Source: the human T2T-CHM13v2.0 reference genome, Homo sapiens
Length of the DNA stretch: 64,000 nt
Direction: 5' to 3' (one strand)
Assembly: GCF_009914755.1 (NCBI RefSeq)
Contig: NC_060940.1
A program made the translations under genes and the position numbers. The notes below the pieces were generated by a model. That model saw only the letters and a list, made by a program, of their open reading frames with translations. It was not told the origin of the DNA and made no database searches. Of the stretch, positions 19,295 to 31,926 are shown piece by piece; within the stretch, counting starts at the first letter, position 1; each line of letters begins with the position of its first letter.

Positions 19295-20740
19295 TTTCTA
19301 GGAGCAAGAGCCTGGGACCGGAGCTGGGCGTTCCTGTCTCGGCCTGCCTCCTTGGCCAGCTCCGGCTCCCTGAGATGGTCCACTCTGTGGCCACTTGACT
19401 TCTTGTGCAACTGCTCAGGCCTTGATGTCAGAGCTGAGGTGGTGATGCTTTGAACAGGGCCCAGGTGGGCAGCATTCCCTTTCTTGCTGGAAGGCTGGGG
19501 GTGAAAGACGGGGCCACTGCAGCCCTTTTGAGACCACACAGCTGTTTTCTTGGTACCAAGTACTTGAAGAGACAGCAGCCCATCCCCTCAGCCCACACCC
19601 CTGCGCCCTGTGGGCACCGACACCACAGAAGCCAATGTTTGGAGATTTGCACAACCTCCCGTTCCCCCACATGGAGAAGGGAAGTAAGTTGAGGCAGCCG
19701 TGGGATGGTGGTAGGTTCCCTCTTAGTCTTGCTGCTGTTGCTGGAATTCCAAAGTGACCTTAGAAACCACGTGGGGGAAGGCAGTGCTCACTACTTAGAA
19801 GGGTTGCTTCTGAGCCGCCTGGTCCCCCAAGAGCACAACAGGCCTCCTCCCTCTGACCACAGGGTCATGCCTCCTCCCTCTGACCACAGGGTCATGCCTC
19901 CTCCCTCTGACCACAGGGTCATGCCAGCCTCCATTTGCGCTGCGGGAGAAAAGCCCATCTCTAGCACACCTTGACCCCAGGAACCGGGTTCCCGTATGGA
20001 ACTGGGAAGAAACCGCCCCTGTGCCAGCTCCCGCGGGCCCTCCTCGTTCCCTCCCAGCCTCCATGGCCGCCCTCTAGAGCCTCCCTGCTGTACGGAGCTC
20101 TGGGCTCCACCTATTTGCAATGTTACTCTGAAGTTTCTGGTGCTATTTTTGTGTTGTAATGTGAATACAGGCTTCCTTGATTTTTTTTTTAATGGGGGTA
20201 TTGGGTGGGACAGACGGGGTCAGGGAGGCCCCACCATGGCTTGTCGAGGGCACGGGCACCTGCATGGCGGCGCTCTCCCTGCCTCCCCTGCCGGGCTGCA
20301 AGCCTGAGGTCTGTGCTGCCGGACGGGGATGCTCAGGGCTGGGGCTGCAGAGCCGCTGCCCTGGCCAGGGCACCCTCATGCACCGACCCAACCCAGGCCT
20401 GGGACGCACGTGTCCTCTCACAGCGTCGTGCCTGTGAAGGTGGGTCAAAGGGTGAGAGGGCTTCCTTCTCACCCTTCTCTCCATAAGTATCTTGAAGATC
20501 CATGGTTTGTTTTGCTCTATTGTTTAGTTTTTACTTGGGTGCAATGTGTACGTCAAAAGTTTTTATTTTGATATTTGAAAGAGACCAAATCAGGCCCAGA
20601 CCGCCTCTCTGGAAGGTGTTGTAGGCCATTCAAAACGCCTCCGGAGTGTCGCAAACCAAGTGCGGAGGGGCCCTGAGGTTGTACTGTAAACATCATAGTG
20701 ACTTGTCTTTTCAAATATATTCCCACTATTTTCGCAGAAA
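19295..20740 (+). other. ZNF469: ZNF469 3' UTR (3' end approximate)
   Basis: Follows the TAA stop; U-rich tracts, TGTA motifs and variant hexamer AATATA at 20714-20719; no AATAAA seen. Confidence 0.65.
19842..19925 (+). repeat. 27-bp tandem repeat x3 in the ZNF469 3' UTR
   Basis: gcctcctccctctgaccacagggtcat at 19842, 19869 and 19896. Confidence 0.95.
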
Positions 20741-20932
20741 ACCTCCAGCTGCGTGACGTCTGTCCTCCCGCCGGCCCCCATCCCTGGTCTGCACCTCCCT
20801 GAGCCTCAGAACTTGGCTCCCAGGGTGTCTGCGCCAGCTGCCACTCTCGGGCCACCGTGGGCCAAGGGCCCAGCTGGGGCTGCGGGACCTCGTGCAGGAC
20901 CCAGTGATGCAGCCATGGCTGTGTCCTAAGAA

Positions 20933-21130
20933 CACCCCTTCAGCAGTGGGTGTTCCAGGTTTTCCAGAAAGGGGCAAGCCCACCCCGGCCATCCTCACTG
21001 AGGACCTCCCCCGCCCCCAGGAGGAACACACCACCCCTTCAGCAGTGGGGGCTGGCCCAGGTTTTCCAGAAAGGGGCAGGCCCACCCCGGCCATCCTCAC
21101 TGAGGCCCCCCCTCACCCCCCAGGAGGAAC
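20933..21130 (+). repeat. ~100-bp imperfect tandem duplication
   Basis: Two copies of caccccttcagcagtggg...ccaggttttccagaaaggggca..cccaccccggccatcctcactgagg...cccaggaggaaca. Confidence 0.85.
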
Positions 21131-23166
21131 AGACGGGAGGCTGAGGTGCCCTGGCGCCCCTCCCCCACATCAGAAGCAGCCCGGGGGACCCAGGGAGCGA
21201 TGGGGCTGGGCTGAGGGAGGATAGGCGTGGGGACTGGGCTCTGCCACCCTCGGGCCTCCCCCCAGGCACCCGTCTGGTGTGAGTTTTCCAGCCTTCACAT
21301 GCCAGGACGCAGCCCTCCCAGGCTGGGGAGCCAGGCCCCCTCACCTACCCAGAGACGCAGCCTTGTCCGCCTTGTCCCCTCCTCTCTCCCACACTCGGGT
21401 CCCTGAAGGTGTCCACACGTCCCTGCCTCAAAGCCTGCTCCCTCATGGCCCTTCCAAGCTTCTCCTGAGACTGTCTTCTGGAATGTTCTGTGGAAGTGCC
21501 TGCCACTGACCATCACGGCATCCTCTCATCTTCTTGGCCAATGGACTTGGTCAGCTTTCACCCCTCCCCCAGGTGGGCGCTGGGCCTCCCCTGCTTTCCA
21601 CTTGTTGCTGGCGGAACTCACACCGTAAGGGCGTCTGCGAAGGGGCCCAGCGTGGGGAGGGCAGCGCCTGTCCTCAAAGCCCTGCTCTCGGGGTGGATGT
21701 CGGACACCGTCATGCCAGCTGCAGGGGCTGGGGGCATGGGGAGCTCTAGACCCCAGCAGAACCTGGGCGGGATCTTACAAATGATTCCCAGCGGGGCAGC
21801 CACACCTTCCTGCTTGTTAACACACGGAGATCATGAGGCCGTCAGCAGCACTGCCTCAGTCTCCCGCTCTGTTTCCAAAACTTCCTGGCTCCGGGATGGG
21901 GTCCTCAGGGAGCAGAGTGGCTCCATTGAGGGAGCCGCAGGGAAGGGGCCAGGGCCGCAGGAAGAGTGGAACCAGGAGACCCTCCCCACCCAGCCTCCTG
22001 TGCCCTACAGCGCCCCTCAAAGATCCCAGTGTCCAGGAGACAAGTGACCCTCTCCAGTGAGGGTGGGTCAGAGTAGACCCCTGACTGGGCAGATGAGGAG
22101 GCTGCTCAGAGGAGGCCTCCAGCCCTCCCTGCCTCACCAGCCTTGCTTTCCTCCCCTCTTCCACGGGAAGCGGAGCTCCTAAATGAGACACCTTAACCGG
22201 GGTCTCACCACTTCCGTCCAAGCACACGGTGCCCCTCTTCCCTGGATAGAGGACAGATTCACCTGCGGCCTGCGGCTGTGGCCCACCCACCCCCACCGCC
22301 TCCCCACCCGCCAGGCGCCTGCCTGCAGGGTTCCCTTTGCCAGGAACACTGTTCCCAGGCCCGCACACGGCCCCTTCCCTCCTTTTGGGCCCCTCCCCTC
22401 ACGCCCGCCGTCCTCTGCCTGGGTGGCTCTCTGCTCGGACACTGGTTTTGGGGTCTTCCCAGCCCTGATGGTGGCAGAGGCCACAAGGCAGCCTGGGCCA
22501 GGCCTGCCTGCAGGAGGGGCTGGTGAGTGGGGGTGTGGCCATCTGCCCACCCCCTTTGCTCACATTACCCCCCCACTGTGCAAGGAGCCTGGCTCAGGGA
22601 AGCCAGCAGACGCAGCCCCCAGGCGGGGCCTTCTGAACAGGTGCTGGTCTGGCACAGGGACTATACCTGGCGGGTGGCTTCATATCCAGGGAGGAGGCTC
22701 CGCAGGAGGCCCGTAGACGGGGGTTGGGGGGAAGGGCATGGAAAGGACCTTGCACCCCGCACAGGGCTCTGAGTTGGTGTTGGGGCAGCGGTGGGTCACG
22801 GGGCTGCCTGTCTGGGCTCGGTGTGTGAAAGGGTCCCATGGACTTCATGGGTGGAGACCCTTGAGGTCCCACCAGGTCTGCAGTCTGGGACACCCGCAGT
22901 GTGTCTGTTCAGCACAGTGTGTCTCAGGCAGGGCCCCGGCCGGCAGCATCCAGGGCACCCCACTCGGGTCAGCGGCTCTGGGACGGGCTGGGCACTCGCT
23001 CCCACCAGCCTCGGGGGCTGACGTTGGAGGGCCGCTGCTCTGAGCCATCTGAGGCCATGCTCAGGGACTGCCAGGAGTGAGCCCTGCCCCTGTCCACTCA
23101 CCGCTCCTCCTGTGGGGCCTGAAACCACCGTTTGGCTGGAGACCCAGGATGTGGACGGCCCCCGCC

Positions 23167-23185
23167 TGGCCACCAGGTGGCAGCA
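23167..23185 (+). promoter_or_regulatory. Candidate CTCF binding site
   Basis: TGGCCACCAGGTGGCAGCA matches the CTCF core CCASYAGRKGGCRS. Confidence 0.6.
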
Positions 23186-23638
23186 TTCGCCCAGCCAGGG
23201 GGTCCAGCCTCCACCTGGGCAGGGCGGCCGCCTGCAGCCTCCAGAGGCACCGCACCTGCCGACCCCACACCCACTTGACCTGCAAACCACCCACGTGCAC
23301 ACCCGGCACCTCCACACACTAAAGGGGACAGACAGGCGGGAATCCCTCGACTGCACACGTGCACACAGCACAGCCTCACCCCTGCGGACACCTGGGCATT
23401 CAGACGCATGCCCACAGGCACACACGCATGCACGCACGCACGCACACACGCCTACTCGGCCCCCGGGGTGCACTCAGGTGCCTGCCAGTCGCTCACACAG
23501 CCACAGGAGAGAGTGCTGCGGAGTCCCTGCAGGGTTCCCTGAAGGACAGGTGTTTGAGCTGGGAGCAGAGGAGCACTGGGCGTGAGCTGTGCAGGCCCTG
23601 TGGGGACCCCTGCAGAGGGAGTGGACACTGAGGCCCGG

Positions 23639-23872
23639 CCCTGTGCACAGCCAGGGTCACTGTCCACACCAGCCCTCCCCCTGGGCACAGTCAGGGTCAC
23701 CGTCCACACCAACCCTCCCCCTGGGCACAGTCAGGGTCACCGTCCACACCAACCATCCCCCTGGGCACAGTCAGGGTCACCGTCTACACCAACCCTCCCC
23801 CTGGGCACAGTCAGGGTCACCGTCTACACCAACCCTCCCCCTGGGCACAGTCAGGGTCACCGTCCACACCAA
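23639..23872 (+). repeat. 40-bp minisatellite x~5.9
   Basis: ctgggcacagtcagggtcaccgtccacaccaaccctcccc units at 23641, 23681, 23721, 23761, 23801 and 23841. Confidence 0.95.
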
Positions 23873-25540
23873 CTCTCCCAACCTGGGGACTCTGTCTCTC
23901 CCACCCAGGATTCTGAGGCCCAGTTTGCCCCAAGACTGCAGAGTCCCTCTGTGGCCAGAACCCCCAATGGGCTGCCCTGAAGCAGCAGGGGGAGGCAGGG
24001 AGGCTATGAGTATGCAGAGAGCTCCCATAGACAGCGGCGTTATTTCCCATCATCCACGTCTAGATTCCAAGGCCGCTGGGGAAGTGGGGTAGGAGAGAAG
24101 TGGGTGCCCTGGGCCAGGCTGAGGAGACAGAGGGGGCAGGCAGCCGTGGAGGAGACGCAGGCAGGGGAGCACATGCCAGGTGCCCTTGGGTCTCAGCCTG
24201 TGGGGCGAGGAAGCAGAGGGAGGGTAGGAGGGTGCCAGTGGTGAGTGGCAGGCCTGGCTTCATCCCCACACCCCACCGCACAGAGAGGAGGTATGCAGGG
24301 CAGGGTCAGGGGTTCCGCGGGATGGGGGCACACCCTCCTACCCTCCTCAGGGAACAGTTTACCGGGACGGTTTACTGGGAAACTCATTATTGAAAGCAGG
24401 CTCTCCTACACGCTCCTACACCTTGAAGCATCTGCTCTCCTGAGAAGATGTGTGGATGGCCAGGTTCACGCAGTGGGGAGAGGGGGATGGAGAGGGCCGG
24501 CCCCGGGGAAGGGGCTGTGTCCCAGTGACTTTGGGGCGGCTAATGTGGGGATTCCTTGAAACACCCCAGAGGTGATGGGACTTGGAGGCCCTGGAGCCCA
24601 TGGGGAGCTCAGTCCTGCCCGTGTCCTCTGTCCACGTGCCACGTATGGGCCACAGAGATGCAGCTGAAGTTGGGGGCTCCAGCCCCAGTGTCTCCCCCTC
24701 CCAGCGCAAGGACAACAAGCAGGTCACGCCAGGTTCCAGCTGGGAAGCAGCGGGAGGCAGTTCCCAATTCTGGGTGGATCGCAGCCCCAGGACAGCCACG
24801 CTGAGGCCCAGGGGTGTCTGTCTTTCCAGGCCTGCCCTGGCCTGGGTCCCAAGCCCACGGCCCCTTTCCCCAATGCAGTGTCTGTCTCACTGACCAGCCG
24901 CGTGGCTGTGAGGAGAGGAGGCAGAGCTGGTCCTCCCCAAGGCCCGGGGCATGGCAGGGAGGTGAACACACTGCCCCTTGGCCTGCACTGCCCGAGAGAA
25001 CCCCAGGCCTGCTTCTGGGCCCAAGGAGAGGGCAGATGTGTTCTGCCAGCACCAGGAGGTACCCAGGAGCAGCAGAGCACTGAGCTGGGGGCCAGAGGCC
25101 TCAGGCTGGTCACCAGCAACCCCCGACCGGGCCTCAGTTCTTCCATCTGTTAAATGGACGAAGTGACCAGCAACATCCTTTCCAGCCCTGGCTCCCAGCA
25201 GCTCCCTCTGAGAGCTCAATTCCAGGCAAGGAGCCGCGGTTCCCTGCGCCCGGCTGGATTTCACACTGCAGGCTCAGTTTCCCCTGTCTGTAAAACGGGC
25301 TCCATGAGACCTCCCGGGACTGTGGTGAGAAGGAGACGGCGTTTGTGAACTGCTGGCCTCACGCCAGGCAGTGGCGCTCTCTCTGTGAGGAGAGACGCAC
25401 ACGCTGCGGCTGGCGCCTTCCACACTGACCTGGGCCCCTGCGGCGAGGCTTGCGGAGTCAAAGTCATGCGGTGCTTCCTCGCCCCCCAGGGCCTGGCGCG
25501 GCTGGGGCCCTGCCCCTCTCCGACTCCGTCTCCCACCCTC

Positions 25541-25927
25541 TGTCTCGGTCATCTCTGGCTGCATGAAAAGCCACCCCGGCACTCAGTGGCTCGGAACAAC
25601 AATCGCGTCTTTTGCTCACAAATCTACCATTTGGGCAGGGCTGGGTGGGCACAGCTCGTCTGCTGCCCGAGGCACCTGCTGGGGCTGGCGTCTCCGAGTG
25701 AGCTTCCACCCAACATGGTGATTGAGTTCCAACATCGAGGGTCCCGAAAGACGAGACCCAGACGCCGCCGGCCTCTCGAGGGCTGGGCTGGGAGCCGAAG
25801 TGGCGTGGCTTCCCGCACATCCTTCCGGCCAAGCAGTCACGGAGCCAAAATCCAAGACGGGGCCTGGGTCTCCCTGCCCGCACGGAGGTGTGTCACAGAT
25901 CCGGGGGCCATGTTTTAAAACCATCAC
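25541..25927 (-). mobile_element. Degraded ERVL-MaLR LTR (MLT1-like)
   Basis: 'ctcagtggctcggaacaacaatc...ctcacaaatctaccatttgggcagggctg' and terminal 'ggccatgttttaaaaccatcac', resembling the LTR end near 3950. Confidence 0.5.
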
Positions 25928-26286
25928 CGTTGCCCTCTGGCCACAAATTATTTGTATTCCACCCAGATGCAGGGCACACTCACCCCTCCAAAAGTCTCCC
26001 CAAAAGTCTCACCGTGTCTCAGCGTCAGGCTCAGGCCCGGGGCCCTGACATTTAGATAGGGCCAGGTGTGGCTGAGGCCATCGAGTCATTCCTCCGGTGA
26101 AGTATGCCCGTGCGTCGGGGTGCAGGGCACGGGGTGTAGGACAAATGCTACCAATGCCCCTGTCGGGAACTGGGAGGAGGGTGGCACATGTCCGTCACTG
26201 CCACAGGCGGTTCCGAAGCCCGGGCCCTGCCCCGTACAGTGACTGTGCTGTTAGCCCGGCCACCTGGGGCCTGGCTCTGCACTGGC

Positions 26287-26411
26287 GTGTCCTCTCCTCG
26301 AGGCGGCTGAGTCTGCCGTTCGGGGACCTCCCTCGCTCCCCTGCCTGGTGTCCTCTCCTCGAGGCGGCCGAGTCTGCCGTTCAGGGACCTCCCTCGCTCC
26401 CCTGCCTGGTG
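26287..26411 (+). repeat. 61-bp tandem duplication
   Basis: gtgtcctctcctcgaggcggc(t/c)gagtctgccgttc(g/a)gggacctccctcgctcccctgcctg at 26287 and 26348. Confidence 0.9.
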
Positions 26412-27642
26412 AAGGTCATGGGGTCCCGGGCCTCTTCACCCTCTGTGTTGTCTCCGCCTCCTTCCATCTCATCTCATGGTGCATCCACCAGAGCAAGGCC
26501 CCTTCGACCTTCATGGACAGACCCTTCTCCACTCTGCCAGCCGTGGCTGCTGTGTGGCCGAGCTCTTCCGATTCTGGAGGCCGATGTCCAGATGCAGCAA
26601 CAGGGTCTTCCTGGGGCCAGACACGCAGTCTTGCAGCCACACCTTGGACCAGCTCCTCACTCTGAGGCCAGGGCTTCCTCCGAGCATCTTTCTCAGCGAG
26701 AGAGACTGGAAACGCGTGGCAGTTTTCTTTCCAGCCTGGCATATCCACACTCTCGCATATGGCTCCTAAGTTCTGCTTGAAAACCAAACAGGTCTTCCTG
26801 CAGCATCGCCTGGGACCAACCACACAGGCCACAGCCGCTTTCCATGTCCTGCCCGGGCCGTCCTCGCCATCGCGCACAGGTTTCCTGGCTCCTCATCGTG
26901 CCTCGGGTCCTGTGCCGAGAGCTTCCCCGGCGGTGCCAGAGGTGCAGCCACTGCGTCCCGCAGCTGTGCGCAGCCCCTGCCTCCGCTCACCCACGTTCGT
27001 CTGCACCATCTACGCCCGTGTCACAAACAGCCCCCAAGCTCGTGGCTGAAAACAGGACTGACGACGGACCAAGTTTCCACAGGTCGGCTGAGCGGACTGT
27101 CTTCTGGCCTCACCTGGGCTCATTCTGGCAGCTGCCACCCACCAGCAGGTCAGCAGGGGCAGGGCTGCACACCCCCCACCTCCAGGCAGTCTTTCATCCT
27201 CAAGGCCCCAGGTCAGGCGTCTTCAGGAAGCCGTGCATACACCTGCTCCGTGAGCCTCTGCTTGCCTCCGATTTGCTGGCGCTCCACTGACCGAAGTAGG
27301 TCACAGGGCCATGAGGTCAAGCCCAAGGTGGACAGAGATGGGGGAACTGAGCTGCAGTCCACAGCCTGCCTTGGCCACGTGCTGGCTCCCTCCTCCCGAA
27401 ACCCTCCCCAAGTGTTACGGGGTCTCCCCTAGACACCTGGTCAGATGGCAACCCCCGCCCCACCTGATTTATAGCACATGGAAGCCCCCCGTGTCGTCTG
27501 CTGTCCACTCACTGCTGTTGGCCACCACCTCCGCCTGGCACAGTCCATCACACACAGTGACGACTTGTGTGTGTTCACTGCCTAATCTCAGTACCTGGGT
27601 TGGGAGCTCAAGACATATTTATGGATGGAAAGAAGGAAGGGA

Positions 27643-28065
<423 letters not shown>

Positions 28066-31000
28066 TTAAGAAATGTCCAGATAAGATTTCCTGTCTGCAC
28101 TGGTATCACCTTGCCCCGCCGGATAAATGGGACAGACAGGCAGTTGCGTGAAAAGGTCACTCCCGGCTGATATCCAAGGACAGTCTCCAGGCAAGAGCCT
28201 GGCCATTGGCTCTTGGAGGGCAAAGCTTGTGAGACCCACAGGAGAGGGGCTTATCCAGCGTGCTCCCAGGCCAAGCCCGCTTTCTGCTGTCCCCGGATGT
28301 CTGATAGATCAGATGGGTCCCGGCTGAGGGTGGGACTGCCTGAGCCCCGTCTCCAAAGCCAGAGCCAGCCCCAGTGACAACAGGGCCACAGCAGCAGCAG
28401 CCCCTGCCCAGGGTGGCCCAGGCAGCATCCCAGAGCCAGCCAGACCACCCCCCATGGCGAGTGGCCTCCCGATTCCTAACTTAATTTATTTTGACATCTC
28501 CGCTGCCGCCTGACCTCCTTATGGAGTCATGTGGTATTTAAAACTCATTATCCCCCCCATTGAAACAGGAAGTTAATTAAACCCTTCACAGAGCCAGCTT
28601 TGACAAATGTCAGAATGGGCCCCTGGCACGGCTGCCCGGCGGCGCCAAGGCCTGGGGATGACTGGCAGTGGGGGAAGTGAGGCCCTGCCCGGGCGGGGAC
28701 CACGGGAGAGGTCCTGGGGTCCCTTCCCCTCACTCAGCCACCCCTGTGCGTTTCAGAGCATGCGCGTCCCCGAGAGAGTCCTGCCCTGCGCTTCCCTGCT
28801 TTGCTGCTTCAGGCGAGTGACTTCCCCTCTCTGAACCTCTGTTTACAAATCTGGCAAATGGGAATTCTGACAGCTCCTTCTGCAGAGAGCTGCTGTGAGC
28901 AGAGTGTGCCGACATATGCAAATGTGCAGCCTGGCTCGGAAGGGCCCTCCGCAGTGTCTGCTGTGGCTGCTGCTGTAGGAGGGCAGCGCTGACTGCGGAA
29001 GAGGAGACAGCTGGGCCTGCCCTGCACTCTGGGACAGAGAGACCTGAGCCTGCCTGGGGCACTCAGTGGATTCCCTCAGGAGGGGTGGGCAGACCAGGCC
29101 AGGCAACGGAGGGAAGGGTGCACCCAGCAGCCCAATAGCTTGTGCCAAGGGGGACCGCTGGACCCACATACAGGGAGGCTCCAGGATGAAGGAAGGGCAG
29201 AGCCTGAGGCTACGACACATGGCTCTTAGGAGGCCCCGCTGGCTTCACCCTTCCATCAGGGACCAGCCAGGGTGGGGGAGAGTGGGCAAGATGAGGCTGA
29301 TGAAGGTTTGGAGCAGGGTGGGAGGGGCCTCTCAGAGCCATAAGGAAGTGAAGTCACAGATCCTGGTGACAGGCCAGCTGTGGGGAGTGGTGGGAAGCAG
29401 ACAGAGGAGTTGGGTGCAGCCTGGTTCCGAGGCCCTCACGTGGCCTGACCTCCAGGTGCACCAGCCCTGCAGCCACTGCGGTCCCTGGTCCACCCACCCC
29501 GGCCTCCAGCTTCTGCCCCTGCACCCTCTCCGCCAGAAATGCCCTTCTCTCTCCCATCACTCTTTTTTGATCATCCTCTTCATCCTCATCCTTCAAGGTC
29601 CAGCTTAAGTTCCTAGAACATTCTGTGGCTCCTTGAGTCACAGCTCAACAGTCGGCCTGGCACATAGGTGGTGCCACAATTAGCCCCTCACCCATCCACA
29701 GCTGCTGCCCAGCCCCGGGTGGCCTTCCTGAGCTCTCCCCGGGAGACTGCCGAAGAGGAGACAGGTGGGCCTGCCCTGCACGCTGGGGCAGCTCGGCACT
29801 GGCCCGTCAGAGGAGCCAGGTCCATGGCCGGTAGCCCACAGGTAGGAGGGAAAGTGGCAGAGCCAAGACTCGAACCCAGTTTTCCCAACGTCCCATTCAG
29901 GGTGAAGAACATGCGCTCTGGAGTGAGAGTTCCTGGGCTCCCTCCCAGCTCCAGCACTTCCAAGACGTAGGACCCCTGAAAAGCAACTGGTCCGCTCCAA
30001 GCCTCAGTTTCTGCATCTGTAATATGGTGGTAACTTGAGCCCCCACCCCAGCCAGTTGTGCAAAGGTGGCACGGACCTGGCACAGCCTGGAAGCACAAAG
30101 TCAGTGCTGTGCTGGTGATGCTGACACAGGTCCCGGAAAGGGGAGAGGAGGCTGGGGAGCTGGGAGAGGAGGCCATCTCAGAGTGCCTCCTCCCTTACCT
30201 CCAAATGTACAGGGTCGGCAACGCACAGGAGAACCTCCCCTGAAACCGACCCAGCATCAGGGGCAGGGCTGAGGCAGAGTAGAAGCATAGTAAGGCATTT
30301 GCCCCATCACACCCCTCTACTCCTAATAGAAGGCTGGAATTCCATGTCCACTGGCCCAGCCCACCCCTGCACACCCCCACTTCTCAAACCCCAAAAATGT
30401 CTTCTTTGGGCTGAGGTTGTTTTTGGAGGGGAGGCAGTCTCCAGGCCACTGCCAGACAGCACTTCCTATGTGTTCCAGGCCCTGCTCTCCCTGGGAGCCA
30501 GCAGGGGAGAACCCAGTGCAGCTCCTGAATGCAATTCCAACTTCCCCACCAGTGACTTTGGATGTGAATCTCAACACACCTCGAGAACATGCAGGGGCAG
30601 ATGGAAACTGGGGTTCACAATGGGCAGCAGGTGGGGGGTGGAGGTCCTAGGTGGGCTCAGCCTGGACAGCCTCAGCAACCCCACGCCCTGTTCCTCTCCC
30701 ACCTGATCAGGGACTCCTGGAAAGCCCCACTTGGATGTCACCTTCTCCAGAAAGCCTTCTCTGATTTCCCCAGGCAGAGATGGCCGCTCCTGCTCTGGGC
30801 TCCCCCAGACCATCCTCTAGACAGCATGCCTTGTGTCTCTTCCTCAGTGTATGGTTATCGTCATGACCACCCTGAGGGTTTAATGGTGTGTGCAAGGTCC
30901 TGCAGCTTTACCACTCGACATCAGCAGGCAGCCTCCCCTCTTGGCTGCGGTTTTCTCATCTGTAATAATGCCTTCCTCCGGGCAGGTAGAGGGACAGAGT

Positions 31001-31651
31001 GTAGAAGGAATGTGCTACAAAAGCAGCCCTGGCAGGGTTAGGGGACCTGTGACCGGTGCAGGGGCACAGGGCCCGAGCTGGGAAGGGCACCACACCGGGC
31101 TCAACATCCTGCCCTTGATGCCCTGGGGTTTTGGGGTTTGGGGGTTTTGATCAAGGGGGCTCCACATTTTCATATTTTCATTTTGCATGGGGCCTTGCAA
31201 GTGATGGAGGCAGGGCAGCAGGCTGTGGTCTGGACCTGCCGCCTGCCCCCTTCGCTGGCTTCCCTGGGCATGTCCCTCCATGTTTTCATCTATATATGGG
31301 CTCATAGAAATAAATCAGATCAGGCAAAGCAGCAGCCAAAATGATCCCCATCGTCTCCTCCTGCAGCCTAGACAGACATCAATCATGGATGATCATGGCT
31401 GTCTCCTGTTGACCCTCGGAATCCACCTCAACACAGATCTCCGCCCGTTCCAGCAGCGCCAGCCTGGGTGCCACTTGCTGTGCGTGGAGCTTCAGACCCA
31501 GCCCAGGTGCCAGCCCATGGCCACCTCCTCCAGGAACTCCCCTAACTCACAGGTCCACATACTCTAAAGTGGACTTCTTTGGGGAAGGAGGCGAGGCCTG
31601 GTGGGAAACCCAGACAGGTAGGTGCTCCATCCAGTTGACAAGCACTGGGTG

Positions 31652-31926
31652 GGGGCGGGAGGGTGGGGGGGAGGTCCTAGGTTGAGTGAACCAATCAGAC
31701 ATGGGCCCCACCCCCTCCAGAGAGCAGCTGTGGGAAGGCTGTGCCCACTGGACCCTGGCAGAGAGCAGGAAGGGCTGGAGGACCCGTATGCCCCTGGGCA
31801 GCTCTCTTGGCCTCCTGGTCTCAGTGTTCCTGTCTGTCCATGGCAGTGGGGAGGGACGGCGCATATCCAGTGTTGTACCCCTGCCTCTCCTACCCACCCG
31901 CCACTCTCCTGTACCAGGCTCTGAGG
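31652..31926 (+). other. ZFPM1: Candidate alternative ZFPM1 promoter and first exon
   Basis: GC box at ~31652, CCAATCAG 31691-31698, CACCC box; ATG 31788 to donor agg|gtaagc at 31927 is 139 nt (phase 1, same as canonical exon 1). Confidence 0.45.

Noticed and set aside
18364-19539. 391-aa antisense ORF
   Set aside because: Mostly overlaps the ZNF469 CDS; low complexity and no domain
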